A stretch of 64,000 bases of DNA from Raja brachyura (taxonomy: Eukaryota), in assembly GCA_963514005.1 (NCBI GenBank), contig OY740795.1, positions 124,001 through 188,000 of the forward strand. The letters run 5' to 3'. Made by a program: the position numbers and the translations under genes. The notes beneath the pieces were generated by a model. The model did no database searches, was not told the DNA's origin, and was given only the letters and a program-made list of their open reading frames with translations. Shown here one piece after another: positions 1 to 12,796 of this stretch; position 1 is the first letter of the stretch, and every line of letters starts with the position of its first letter.

Positions 1-704
1 GTTTCCGCGCTGAATCTCTAAACTAAATTCAAAGGGAATCGCTGCAAGGCGAACCGGGCGAACGTGATTGGTGCAGAAGGTAAAAATATCGACATGGACG
101 TCGTGGATTGAATAGACCTATTTTGTGTTGTATGAACATGTTTTACTATGTCGTGGTTGATTTAACCATGCTTTTTCAGACGCCTGTGTCATAAATAGTG
201 TAAAATTTGTTCCCTGTATTGTTACGACGTTGTCGATGTCTCCAAACTACACGATTATAACGAAGATCGTGCAACGCACCTATTTCGGACATAACCCTTT
301 TTCTGAGATTCGATGACTCTCGAAGAGTTCCTCAGACATCATGATTCAACGGGCATTCGGTAAACTCGCTCATGTCTATTTAGATCGAGTACTCGTTGCT
401 CCGTAATGCCTGTCAGGTCTATCCCTTCCCTGTACAAGGATAAGGATGTTTTCTTCCCCACCGGGATCTCTGCAAGCGGAACCACTTCCCTGGAAGGACG
501 CAGACGTGTCGTGTCTTGGGAAGTTGACGAGGACGGGGTATGGAGGGCGGAGCGATTCGGCACAGGGGTTCCCATTCGTTGTCCGTCACTGCCCGCTCAC
601 CCTCGTCACAGCCTCATCAGCGCAAGCAGGAGAGACGATCAAACCCGAAAGCCCCACAGCACCCGATCGAGCAGGTTATTTATCAAACCATCCTTCATTA
701 GAAA

Positions 705-2642
705 ATGCGATACTTCGCCATCTGGATTGTGTGTGGAGCATGTCTGACAGGTAAAACAATAGCAACAGTTGAGATGTGAAAGGGAATGCATTTGGAGTGG
801 CGACTGGAACCAGACTAAGTTGCCCGTATAAAAATATATATTGGGTAATGTGCGTTACACCACCATAGAAAACATAGAAAATAGGTGCAGGAGGAGGCCA
901 TTAAGCTCTTCAAGCCAGTTCCATGATTCATTGTGATCATGCCTGATCATCCACAATCTGCCATCCGTGCCTGCCTTCTCTCCATATCCCTTGATCCCGC
1001 TAGCCCTCACAACTATATCTAACGGTTATATTCATCCAGTGAATTGGCCGCTGCTGCGTTCTGTGGCAGAGAATTCCACAAATTCACAACTCTCTCGGTG
1101 AAAATGTTGTTTCTCATCTAATTTCTCATCTCAGCCATGATCACATTGAATGGCGGTGCAGCTCGAAGGGCCGAATGGCCTAATCCTGCACCTATTTTTC
1201 CATGTTTCTATCTTTCTATTTGTAAATGGCCTCCCTATATTTTTAGACTCAGGCCCATGGTTCTGGACTCCCGCAACATTGGGAGCATGTTTCCTGCATC
1301 TGGCTTGTCCAGTCGTTTCATAATGTTATATGTTTCTATAAGATCCCTCTCGTCCTTCTAAATTCCACTGAATACAAGCCCAATCTTTCCAATCTTCCCT
1401 ACACTGCCGCCATCCCGGGGATTAACCTCGTGAACCTACGCTGCACTGCCTCAATAGCAATGATCTCCTTCCTCAAATTAGGAGACCAAAACTGCGCACA
1501 ATTCTCTGGATGTGGTCTCACCAGGGCCCTGTAGAACTTTACTCCTATACTCTCATTATGAAAGCCGACATGCCATTAGCTATATTCTCCGGCTGCTGAA
1601 CCTGCATGTTTACTTTCAGTGACTGGTGTACAAGGCCACCCAGGTCTCGTTGCACTTCCCTTTCTTCCTAATCTGATACCATTGCGATTATAATCTGCCT
1701 CATTGTTCTTGGCGCCAAAGTGGAGAACCTCACATTTATCTACATTATTCTGCATATGACATGCACCTGCCCACTCACTGAACCTGTCCGAGCCACACTG
1801 CAACCTCCTCGCATCCTCTTCGCAGTTCACTCTGCCGCCCAGTTTTGCGCCATCTGCAAATTTGCTCGTGTTACTTTTCATTCCATCGTCTAAATCATTA
1901 ATATATATTATTAAAAATCGCGGCTCTGGCACCGAGCCTTGCGGCACTCCTCTGACCACTGCCTGCCATTCAGACAGGGGCATGTTTATTCCTGCTCTTT
2001 ATTTCCGGTCTGCCAACCAATTATCTGTCCATGTCAATACCTTACCCTGGGTTACTGTGCCATTCATTTCCATAAGGTGGGGTACTGTCCGAATCAATTT
2101 CCTTCTAATGTGATCATTGGGCTTTGTACATGGAACTGGTTAACTTAAATAATGACTATAATCTTTATTCTCTATCTTCCCTTTTGCTCTGCCTATTGCA
2201 CATGCGTTTGATTTGATTGTTTGTTTGTATTGTATTAGCTGCTCCGTTTGGATAGCATGTAATGCAAAACACTTCCGCGTATCTCGTTGCAAGTATGAGA
2301 ATAATAAAACCAAACCGAATCCATATTGTCTTCAGATCCCAGTCATGGAGATTCCGTCACACAGTCGCTGCCTTCTGCACAGAAAGAAGATGGAGAGTCG
2401 GTGACTTTCAGCTGCGCCTACGCTACCGCCGAGCTGTATTACATCTTATATTGGTACCGGCATATTCCACACTCAGGGCCCGAGTTCATACTGTGGGAAG
2501 ATTCACAAGGAAGTGTGAGATAAGCAGATTTTGCCCGTGCTCGCTTCTATGGCCGGCTCCACACCGAAACAAAATTCACTAGCTTAACCCTTTCGGGGCT
2601 GCAGTTGAGCGATTCCGCAGTTTATTACTGCGCTCTGAGGAG
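705..2642 (+). pseudogene. TRDV: TCR delta-like V segment (V1), pseudogene: leader 705-750, V exon 2336-2642, in-frame TAA at 2521-2523
   Basis: Leader MRYFAIWIVCGACLT + G|gtaaaa. Acceptor ttcag| then DPSHG-DSVTQ..FSC..LYWYRH..PEFILW..GSVR*ADFARARF..TSLTLSGLQLSDSAVYYCALR. Canonical Cys/Trp/YYC; RSS follows. Delta versus alpha is inferred from framework resemblance to shark V-delta. Confidence 0.85.
865..2045 (-). mobile_element. 5'-truncated CR1/HER1-type LINE in the V1 leader intron, with a short plus-strand CR1 3' tail nested at ~1133-1218
   Basis: GVPQGSV, YINDLD, KFAD and RT C-terminal motifs (ORF 1576-1983); catagaaa 3' tail repeats. Confidence 0.85.
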
Positions 2643-2680
2643 CACAGTGATGAAACCAGTTAAATCTTCCCACAAAAACA
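2643..2680 (+). promoter_or_regulatory. Recombination signal sequence of V1: CACAGTG, 22-bp spacer, ACAAAAACA
   Basis: Read directly after YYCALR: heptamer 2643-2649, nonamer 2672-2680. Confidence 0.93.
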
Positions 2681-2960
2681 TCAGCTTCTGCTTTGCTTTC
2701 TGAGCCGATATATGCCTGTAGCGCGCTTGCTGTTAGTGGTTTCCTGCCGCCATGAAAATTCATCCCTCATCACTCGGTTTCTCTTGCCCTCTGCGCCTTC
2801 TGCAGTTACCGCCGTTCATTCGCTATAACTGGCTTAATTTCCAGCGATTGTCCTCATCAACGTTGGCCTTATCAACAGCCTAGCTCTCTAAATATATATA
2901 TATGCATCTAGTTTCCCCTTTCTCTCTTCGTCAATCTCACTTATTTCATCCCTGTCAAAC

Positions 2961-3179
2961 NNNNNNNNNNNNNNNNNNNNNNNNNNNNNNNNNNNNNNNN
3001 NNNNNNNNNNNNNNNNNNNNNNNNNNNNNNNNNNNNNNNNNNNNNNNNNNNNNNNNNNNNNNNNNNNNNNNNNNNNNNNNNNNNNNNNNNNNNNNNNNNN
3101 NNNNNNNNNNNNNNNNNNNNNNNNNNNNNNNNNNNNNNNNNNNNNNNNNNNNNNNNNNNNNNNNNNNNNNNNNNNNNNN
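2961..3179. other. Assembly gap
   Basis: Run of N. Confidence 1.
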
Positions 3180-3999
3180 ACATTCCTTATTCTCTCCCTT
3201 CTCTCCCCATGTTTCCCATAAAATTAATAACATTTCTCTATTAAACGGAATATCTGACCTTATGCCTCGCTGACAAGTAGAAAGGTGAAATAGCGCGCAG
3301 TAAAACCGTTACGTATGATGCACAACGACGAATCACCGGCGGAACTGCCGCTATTTTGAAGGAAAATCAACGTTCAACACACAAAACGATGACTTGAACA
3401 GCGTAGAAAATAGTTCATAGAAATGTACTGCACAGAAATGGGCCCTTCGACCCGTCGGTACCGAAGAAAATGCCAAGCGAAACAAATCTCATACCTTACA
3501 ATGTACTAAACGTTCCCCAAAAGGGAATATTTGCAAACGGCATTTCCATAAACGGTGTCAACTAAGGGTGAATGAAATCAGTCAAACTAAAATGAATGCA
3601 ATGCATAACAGTCGAGTAATTCAACGGTCCGTTGTTTTCCTCCAGTGCGTTAAGTTTTGCCCAATGTTCCAATATCTGCAGTTTCCTGTGTCTCTGCATT
3701 CAAATTAATCCAGGGCACGGAATTAATACATTATTTAAGAAATGTCACTTGCTCAGTTCATTGATGTTGCTAGTGATAATAGCAGAAGGCCGAGTTGAAA
3801 AAAAGAATGTTTACTTAAGGGAACAAAACATTCTACCTTCGTTCTACTGCAGAACCGATCTGTAATGCAAACATAAACCAAACAACTGACAGTTCAGACG
3901 TCATCCGTGGAAGGAAATAGACAGTTTCTGGTCGAGATCCTTCCCCTGGAGTGAAGGGGTGGATGGGAGATATCTATCTTCAATATGCTAGCGCAACAG

Positions 4000-6900
4000 A
4001 AACATACAACATAGAAACATAGAAAATAGGTGCAGGAGGAGGCCATTCGGCCCTTCGAGCCAGCAACGCCATTAAATATGATCATGGCTGATCGCCCACT
4101 ATCAACAATCCGTGCCTGCCTGCCTTCTCCCCATATCCCATGACTCCACAAGCCCCGAGAGCTCTATCCAACTCTCTCAAATCCATCCAGTGATTTGGCC
4201 TCCACTGAACTCTGTGGCAGGGAATTCCATAAATTCACAAATCTCTGGGTAAAACAGTTTTTTTCTCAGCTCAGTCTTGAATGACCGCCCCTTTATTCAA
4301 AGACTGCGGCCCCTGGTTCTCGACTCACCCAACATTGGAGCTTGTCCAGTCCTTTTATCGTTTTATATGTTTCTATAAGATCCCCCCTGATCCTCCAGTG
4401 AATACAAGCCTAGTCTTGTCAATATTTCCTCATATGAAAGTCCCGCCATCCCAGGGATCAATCTAGTGAACCCACGCTGCACTGCCTCAACCACAAGGAT
4501 GTCCTTCCTCAAATTAGGAGACCTAAACTGTACACAATACTCCAGATGTGGTCTCGCCAGAGCCCTATACAACTGCAGAAGAACCTTTTTACTCCTGTAC
4601 TGAAATCCTCTTGCTATGAACGCCAGCATTCCATTAGGTTTCTTCAATGCCTGCTGTACCTGCACGCCAGCTTTCAGTGACTGGTGTGCATGGACACCCA
4701 GGTCTCGCTGTACCTCCCCCTTACCTAACCTAACCCCATTGAGATAATAATCTGCCCCCTTGTTTTTGCCGCCAAAGTTGATAACCTCACATTTATTTAT
4801 ATTATACTGCATCTGCCACGCATCTGCCCACTCACTCAAACTGTCCACGCCCCCCTGCAACCTCTTAACACCTTCTTCACAGTTCACACTGCCATGCAGC
4901 TCTGTGTAATCCGCAAGCTTGCTAGTGTTGCTTCTAATTCCCTCTTCCAAATCATTAATATATATGGTAAACAGTTGCGGCCCCAACACCGAGCCTTGCG
5001 GCACTCCACTCGCCACGGCCTGCCATTCTGAAAAGGACCCGTTCACTCCTACTCTTTGCTTCCGCTCTGCCAGCCAATTTTCTATCCATGTCAACACCCT
5101 ACCCCCAATAGCATGTGGTCTAATTTTAGTCACCAATATCCCGTGCGGAACCGTATCAAAGGGTTTCTGAAAGTCGAGATACACTACATCCACTGGCACC
5201 CCTTCATCCATTTTACTTGTCACGTCCTCAAAACATTCCAGAAGATTAATCAAGCATGATTTCCCTTTCAATAAATCCATGTTGACTTGGAGTTATCCTT
5301 TTTACTGCTATCCAAATGCTCCATTATTACCTCTTTAATAATTGACTCCAGCATCTTTCCCACCAAGGAGGTCAGGCTAACTGGTCTGTAATTCCCAGTT
5401 TTCTCTCTCGCTCCTTTATTGAAAAGTGGGATAACATTAGCTATCCTCCAATCCACAGGAACTGATCCTGAATCTATTGAACATTGGAAAATGATCACCA
5501 ATACGTCCACTATTTCTAGAGCCACCTCCCTGTGGACCATGAGATGCAGACCATCAGGCCCAGGGGATTTATCATCCTTCAGTCCCATTAGCCTACCCAA
5601 TACTATTTCTCGCCTAATGAAAATGTATTTAAGTTCCTCTACCCCCTTAGATCCTCTGTCCTCCAGTACATCTGGAGATTGTTTGTGTTCTCCTTAGTGA
5701 AGACAGATCCGAAGTACCTATTCAACTCTACTGCCATTTCCTTGTTGCCCATAATTATTTTACCCGTGTCTGCCTTCAAGGGACCCACATTTGATTTGCT
5801 ACTCTTTTTCCCTTAACCTATCTAAATAAGCTTTTACTGTCCTTCTTTATATTCCTGGCCAGCTTCCCCTCGTACTTCATCTTTTCAGCCCGTATTGCCC
5901 GTTTTGTTTCCTTCTGTTGTCCTATGAAAGTTTCCCAATCCTCCACTTTCGGCTACTCTTTGCTGTGTTATACATTTTTTTCTTTTAATTTTTTTCTATC
6001 CCTAATGTCTCTTGTCAGCCACGGTTGCCTCCTACTCCCCTTAGAATCTTTCTTCCTTTTTGGAAAAAAATGATTTTGCGTCTCCCGGATTATGCCCAGA
6101 AATTCCTGCCATTGCTGTTCCACCGTCATTCCTGCTAGGATCCCAGCTCCCCTCTCACGCCTTCATAGTCCACTTTGTTCAACTGCATCACTGCCACTTC
6201 CGTTCTCCTTCTCAAATTGCAGATTAAAACTAATCATATTATGATCACTACCTCCAAGCGGTTCCTTTACCTCGAGTTCTGTTATCATATCTGGTTCATT
6301 GGACAACACTAAATCCAGAATTGCCTTTTGTCTGGTCGGCTCCATTACAAGCTGCTCTAAGAATCCATCTCGGAGGCATTCTACAAACTCTCTTTCTTGG
6401 GGTCCTGAAACAACCTGATTTTCCCAGTCTACCTCCATATTGAAACCACAGTGGCATTACCTTTGTTACATGCCAGTTTTAACTCCTGCTGCAACTTACA
6501 CCCTACATCCGGGATACTATTTGGGGGTCAGTAAATAACACCAATTAGTGTCTTCTTGCCTTTACAATTCCTCAACTCAATCCAGAGTGACCCTACCTCG
6601 TCAGTCCGTATGTCTTCCCTCGCAAGGGACTGAATTCCATCCCTCACCAGCAGAGCTCCCCCCCCCCCTCCTATGCCCACCAGCCTGTCCTTTCTATGGG
6701 ATGTATAACACTGTATATTAACTTCCCAGGCCCGATCCTCCCGCAGCCACGTCTCAGTAATCCCCACAATATCATATCTACCAACCGCTAACTGAGTCTC
6801 AAGCTCATCTACTTTACTTCTTATACTTCGCGTATTCATATGCAATACATTTAATTCCTTACGCATCTGACCTTTCACATCAATCCCTATTACACTTGGC

Positions 6901-7935
6901 CATACTATCCTGTCCCTCTGTGAACTTCCTTTCCCGTTAATGCTGTGGTCATTAACCATCCCTTTACTCTCTTTCCCTTTAACTCCATCTTCGACTATAC
7001 CATTTGACACCCCACGCCCCCCCCTTATTCAGTTGAAAACCACCAGTGTAGCAGTGGCAAACCTGCCTGCCAGAATGCAAGTCCCCCACCTGTTAAGATG
7101 CAATCCGTCACTTTTGTACAGTTCCCCCTTACTCCAAAACTGATCCCAGTGATCTAAGAATCTAAATCCCTGCCTCCAGCACCAGCAACTCAGCCACACA
7201 TTCAGGTCCCGTACATCTCTGTTCCTGCTCTCGCCAGCACGAGGAACTGGAAGCAAACCGGAGATAACAACCCTGGAGGTCCTGCTTTTCAGCATTTTTC
7301 CGAGCTCTCTAAAGTCACGCTGCAGAATATTAATTCCCTTCTTTCCGACATCGTTTGTGTCGACATGCACTACCACTTCCGGCTGTTCGCCTTCGCCTGT
7401 GAGGGTTTTCTGCAGTCTGTCCGTGACATTCTGGATCCTGGCACCAGGAAGGTAGCACACCATCCTCGAATCCCGTCTGTTGCCGCATAAACCCCTGTCC
7501 GTACCTCTCACAATGGAGTCTCCAACTACAATGGTGTTCCCTGACGTTGGCCTCTTTGGCTTTGGCGCAACAGCCCTTTTTGCAAGCCAGTCCGCCGCTC
7601 AGTGTTTTAACGTCTTCTGTCCTGACAGCTTCTAAGTGGGTGAACCTGTTCACAAAAAGTACAACACCCGGGGACCTTTGCATTCCAAGTTTCCCTCCCT
7701 TTCTCACCGTCACCCACATTTTCGCTTCCAGTGCCTTAGGTGTAACAATCTCGCTGTGGGACATGTCGAGGAACGACTCAGTTTATCGGACGAACCTGAC
7801 GTCATCCACTTGCTTCTCCAATTCCCCAACACGGTCCTTCAGGAGTTGTACATGGACGAGCTTCACATGTTTGTAGCAGCCAGAGGCACCAGCAGTGTCC
7901 TTGATACTCCCACATACTGCAATGATCAAGCTTGG
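4000..7935 (-). mobile_element. Near full-length degenerate CR1 LINE: ORF1 (Zn-finger plus SGNH esterase) and ORF2 (APE endonuclease plus RT)
   Basis: ORF1 LPGA..VVHVDTND..DGLHL (7029-7511). Endonuclease NTRSI..VGITETWL (6528-7010) and [29 protein letters not shown]. Multiple frameshifts; (catagaaa)n tail. Confidence 0.92.
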
Positions 7936-7939
7936 CTTG

Positions 7940-8470
7940 CGACTGGGGGATCAAAGTGAGAAGAGATGGATTGGTGGGTGGAGCCAGCCAGGGGGGAATG
8001 GGGAAGGTAACAAAGGCTGTGCCGTGATTGGTAGCGGTAACCGTGCTGTAGTTGATGAAATCACACGAGAAAGGAAGGTGGAATAAATGCGAAAATTTGC
8101 CTGGGGTGGGGAGGTGGGAATAGTCAGGGTACGGTACCCATTGGAATGAATGTGCAGATGTTGGACAGATGGTGTAGGGGAGGTTGGGTGACAATGAGCG
8201 GGATGTTTTGAGAAGGATTTATATGAGTGAGTGCCTGTGGGTGGATAAAGGGCCCGATGGCGAAGGGTTACCGAGAATTATAGAATCCATTGCCCATACC
8301 GTCCGCCTGCACACTAACAAAGAGGAACGTGAAGTAAAGAACCTATTTTTTCAATTTGGCCTCACGCTGGCAGTGGAGGAAGTGGAGGAAACGGCAGGTT
8401 GGCTGGGGAATGGTGAGACGTATTGAAATAGCAACCGGGAGCGCCGGGTGTCCGTAGCGTACAGAGAAGA
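7940..8470 (-). mobile_element. Penelope-like element remnant (degenerate 3' part)
   Basis: Resembles the reverse complement of the HLIFRLG..GMNID end seen at 23380-23450. Confidence 0.45.
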
Positions 8471-9374
8471 GATGGACATCAAAGCGTCGCTTAGTTTGTG
8501 CTGGCGTTGCCCTCGGATAAGGTGGGACTGCAAATTCAAATGTGCTTCCTGGGGAAGTAGTGCAGCCGACCGCTCGTCACCTGTCACCGCGGTTCCTCGC
8601 ACCCAGGTGGTGAGATTGCCGCTACCAAATAATCCACAGGAGGGCGCTGTACCACGGGCAAGGAAGACGTGAAAAAAAGATAAGATACAAGGAACTGTAC
8701 ATACCAGAATCCTGGGCCAAACTTCAAGTGCTGAAATAACAACGGTTCCGGCACCATTCCTGCATGACATGATCTACACGACCCTGAAGAATTGTCCCGA
8801 CCCGGAACGTCACTTTCCCATGCGCAATAGTGTGGTGCCTGTCGCTATGAGTTACTCCAACACTTTGAGATTTGCTCAACGTTCTGAAGTAATATGTCAA
8901 ATTAAAAGTGAAAGTTTTATGTGCATTTCATTGAATGATCAATTGCGAATGACGGCAAGATGTCCACGCTCAATCATATGCTTGAAGGAATACATATAAA
9001 AATATGTTCATCCTATTATTTAATATGTGTAAATTATGCTTTCCATTAGGTCGTGAGTAGCTGCGATCTGGAATTTGAAGGTCGAGTGGGCAGGGGAGCA
9101 GATTTTCAAAAGGCCTGCTGAAGACCTTTGGATCGACACACAAGGATGACCGTGAAGCCTGTTTAAACAACAATGCATGAATGACATTGCCACTTGCAGC
9201 AGCAATAGAGGCCTGTGGGAGGAGACACACAAAAATCATTAAATCAATAACTCCGATAGTAGTCCAAAAATACAAAGTGCTAAGTACAGCCAAATACATC
9301 GGTGCATCGGTTATCGTTGCACCGTATTGATCAACAGCAGTAAAATCGGAGGGAATTATTGCCTTTCCTTCCAT

Positions 9375-9642
9375 TTCGTACAGCCCCAGAGTCCCGTGTT
9401 CGATCCTTAATACCGGTGTTGCCTATCTGTAGTTTGTACGGTTTTTTTGTGGCCTTGTGGGTTTTCTCCGGATGTTCCGGTTTCCTTCCAAATTCCAAAG
9501 ACGTGCAGGTTTGTAGATTGATTGGCTTATATAAATTATGCCCATGGCATTGAATACAACTAGTGTGCGGGAAATCGCTAGTAGGCGGGCGGAATGGCCT
9601 GTTTCCACCTTTTGCCTCTAAACTACTCCTAAACTTAACTAA
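9375..9642 (+). mobile_element. HE1/V-SINE-like tRNA-derived SINE
   Basis: B-box-like gttcgatcc, central gtgggttttctccggatgttccggtttcc..ccaaagacgtgc domain, (aaact)n tail. Confidence 0.7.
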
Positions 9643-10143
9643 AACGTACGTTTGTTTCAGAGAACGGGTGGTTGTGATCCGGAATACGCTGGTCAAATGA
9701 GCGCAGGATCAGGAATCGTCTGCTGAAGACCATTGGATCAAGCGTCGAAGGACAATGGTCAAGAAAGTATATTGTCATGCGTATAGACAAAGGAACGGTG
9801 GCAACAGCATAACATGACTGTAAGAAAATGTACATAGATAATATATACTAAATGCAATCCGACACATTAATAAACTAATGCCAGTGCATAAAATAATGTG
9901 GTACTCAGTCCAAACAAAAGCAGTTCACAGTTAATCTTGTAGTGTTCTGTAGCGTTCAAGACCCCGATATTTGTTTGTGAGAAGGTATTCTTCAACCCAA
10001 TTGTAGAGTAGTTCTAATATTTTACAATCGGGTGTTAACGACAGCAAACACACTGGCGTTGTGACTGGTACAGCAATCAGTAAGGACACCCCGATGCTGA
10101 TAAAGTTCTACTTCCGCGCTGACACTTGACGGGGTGTTCTGGT

Positions 10144-10182
10144 GGTTTTTGTACAGGGAAATACCAATGCTGCGCCTCCGTG
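10144..10182 (-). promoter_or_regulatory. 23-RSS of V2: CACGGAG, 23 bp, ACAAAAACC
   Basis: Heptamer 10182-10176, nonamer 10152-10144. Confidence 0.85.
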
Positions 10183-10962
10183 GCGTTCAGGGCGCAGTAA
10201 TACATCGCCACGTGTCGGGGCGGCATTTGCGACACAGTCAGCGGGGCTGTTCCTCTCAAATGGTTGAGCTCAGCAGAAACTAAAGGGATCCGCCGGGATA
10301 CTGACGGTACCACATTAGTACAAGATTGTTCGTGCATGTGGCTGTATAGTTGCAGTTCAACTGGGCATCATCCCCTTCGCTCATTGTTACCACTACTGGT
10401 GTCTGGGAAACGGCGTCGCCTCGACAATGCCCTGCAAGAGTCCGGGAACGAAGTTAAAAATCAACATCACTGCATTTTGCTAACGCTCACCTTATCCTGG
10501 TACTGATCTGAGGTAGAACGGCAACAAAGATCTCCCTGCACTAAAAGCTAAATGAAGGTGGGAGAAAACGCGCTTTGAATTACCGAATGAAATTATATTT
10601 AAAAATCATCCACCTGTTTCCATCGCCACCTGCTCGTCATCATTGCATCTCGGGAGGAGCAGAGGAATTGCTGAGCGCACGACCTTAGAACACGGGCGTT
10701 GTCTAATATACCTGGAAACTCAACACAAAATCCTTACAGCACTTTGGTCGGAACTGCATCTACATTATTATTATACTCTTGTGCTCTTCGTTTAGTCCAC
10801 TCATTGATTCCCTTTCTAAAGTCATTCTATTGCATGCAAGGTATTTCATTGATTAAATACCATGCCCTACAGTAATATAATGTACAGGCTTGGAAACGTC
10901 CTGAACTTACGCGTTAAGAGAGCTGCAGCTGCAAGAAGCGAATACATTGTCAAGCTCAGCAT
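10183..10962 (-). pseudogene. TRAV: TRAV-like V segment (V2), pseudogene: leader 10962-10911, V exon 10431-10183 with 58-nt deletion and TAG at 10282-10280
   Basis: Leader MLSLTMYSLLAAAALLT|gtaagt. Exon GHCRGDAVSQT..LNCNYT..WYRQYPGGSL*. Exon is 249 nt versus 307 nt in its paralogs; YYCALN ends in a shifted frame. Confidence 0.88.
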
Positions 10963-11561
10963 GTTGCAATTGCATTGAGCGTGAATATGAACTGAAATGG
11001 TCTCACCCGGAAACAGGTTAATCTGCTATTGTGAAAGAGCTGTGGTCTTGGTTCTTCATTGATTGGCTTATTCGTGACAGCGACACCTCCCGTCGCTGTG
11101 CGGAGCGAATTTGTTCTCCATCTCCTCGAAGGTTCTTAATTCCGCCAATTACTTCACTGCTTTTGCTGCCCAATCATCTCAGATCTCATTTGTTTTCTGT
11201 CCGATTACGTCATGATTGGGGGGGGGGGGGGGGAAGGGACGGAGGCCTGAAGTATAATATACAATAAACAAAATTCAATACATTAACAGCCTGGTCCATG
11301 TCCATAAGATGCATGAAGTGCTTAATGCAACCGAATACATTGCATAGTTCATCTTTTAGTGCTGTGTAGTGTTCAAGAAGCTAGTGTTTGTTTGTCAGAA
11401 GCTATTCCTCAACTCAATTGTCTAGTTTTTTTTTAATATGAAAAATCGAGTATTAATGACTGCAAACATGTTGTCGTTGGGACTGGTGCAGCAATCAACG
11501 AGGACGCGCCGATGCCGACAAAGCTGCGCTTACGCGCTGATACCTGACGGGGTTCTCTGAT

Positions 11562-11600
11562 AGTTTTTGTACAGGCTCAGCCCAATTCTGCGCCTCCGTG
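11562..11600 (-). promoter_or_regulatory. 23-RSS of V3: CACGGAG, 23 bp, ACAAAAACT
   Basis: Heptamer 11600-11594, nonamer 11570-11562. Confidence 0.88.
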
Positions 11601-12453
11601 GGGTTCAGAGCGCAGTAATACATTGCCGAGTCTCGGAGCCTCGTTAGTGACACCGTTAGCGGGACCGTTCCTGTCGAATGTTTGAGCTCCGCTGAAAAAC
11701 GTTCCCCGGCATTGTTCTTCTCACCGCCTTTGAATGTCGTTCTGAGCAGAAGAAACTCAAGGGATCCGCCGGGATACTGACGGTACCAGATTAGTCCAGG
11801 AGTGCTCGTGCTTGTAGCTGTATAATTGCAGCTCAATTTTGTATCATCCCCTTTACTCACTGTAACCGATACCGGTGTCTGAGAAACGGCGTCGCCTCGA
11901 CAATACGCTGCAAGAGTCCGGGGATAAATAACACAACATCGCCTAATTCAGCACATACTTCAGAATACCCCTCATCCTGATACCGATATGAGGTACAATG
12001 ACATCAAACATACCCCTCCCCTAATAGTTAAATAAAAATGGGCCGAAAGGCGCTGGGAATTACCGAAAAAATATATCTTTAAAGATATCCAACCGGATTC
12101 ATCGTACTGGACGTCGTTGTTGCTTCCGGGGATGAAAAGGGGAATCGTAGAGCACTCCGTACGTCCACCTGTGTGTTCTAACCTCGATGCTTCTCGGTCG
12201 GGGATGCTTTCCAACAATTAACCAGGACACTCACCTCAACTTTCCGAACATCAATTACTGTGAAACCACATCTTTTTTACTAATGTGCTCTTCGTTTGCT
12301 GTCCTCATACGGACTCCCTTTCTAAAGTCGTTCTGTTGCTTTCAACATATGTGGTTAATTAAATATCATGCCCTACATTATTGCAAACATCGTGAACTTA
12401 CCGGTTAAAAGAGCTGCAGCTGTAAGAAGCCTATAAATTGTCAAGGCCAGCAT
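11601..12453 (-). CDS. TRAV: TRAV-like V segment (V3), apparently functional: leader 12453-12402, V exon 11907-11601
   Basis: Leader MLALTIYRLLTAAALLT, phase-1 gtaagt..ttgcag intron, open exon AYCRGDAVSQTPVSVTVSKGDDTKLSCNYT..WYRQYPGG..RFSAEL..VPLTVS..DSAMYYCALNP. Confidence 0.92.
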
Positions 12454-12796
12454 GTTGTCATTGCATTGAGAGTGAATATGAACTGAAATGCGCTCACCCG
12501 GAAACAGGTTTAATCTGACATTGTGAAAGAGCTGTGGTCTAGGTTCTTCATTCATTGGCTTATTCGTGACAGCATCACATCCCGTCGGCGCGGAGCTAAT
12601 TTGTTCGCCAATTACCCGAAGTTTCTTAATTCCGCCAATGCCATCACTGCTTTTGTAGGGCAATAATCTCACACCACCTTTGTTTTATGTTCCATCACGT
12701 CATGGGGGGGGGGGGGGGGGCAATGCCTGAAGTATAATATGCAATAAACAATCTTCAATAAATTAACAACCTGATCCATGTGCATAATAGGCATGA

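Noticed and set aside
339-700. Overlapping ORFs or a structured RNA upstream of V1
   Set aside because: No recognisable protein or RNA motif; best explained as V1 promoter region.
12060-12110. Conserved gtaattccc block in the V2-V5 cassettes as the leader exon
   Set aside because: Contains stops or lacks an in-frame ATG in the copies; it is intronic. The true leaders lie ~230-360 bp further upstream.
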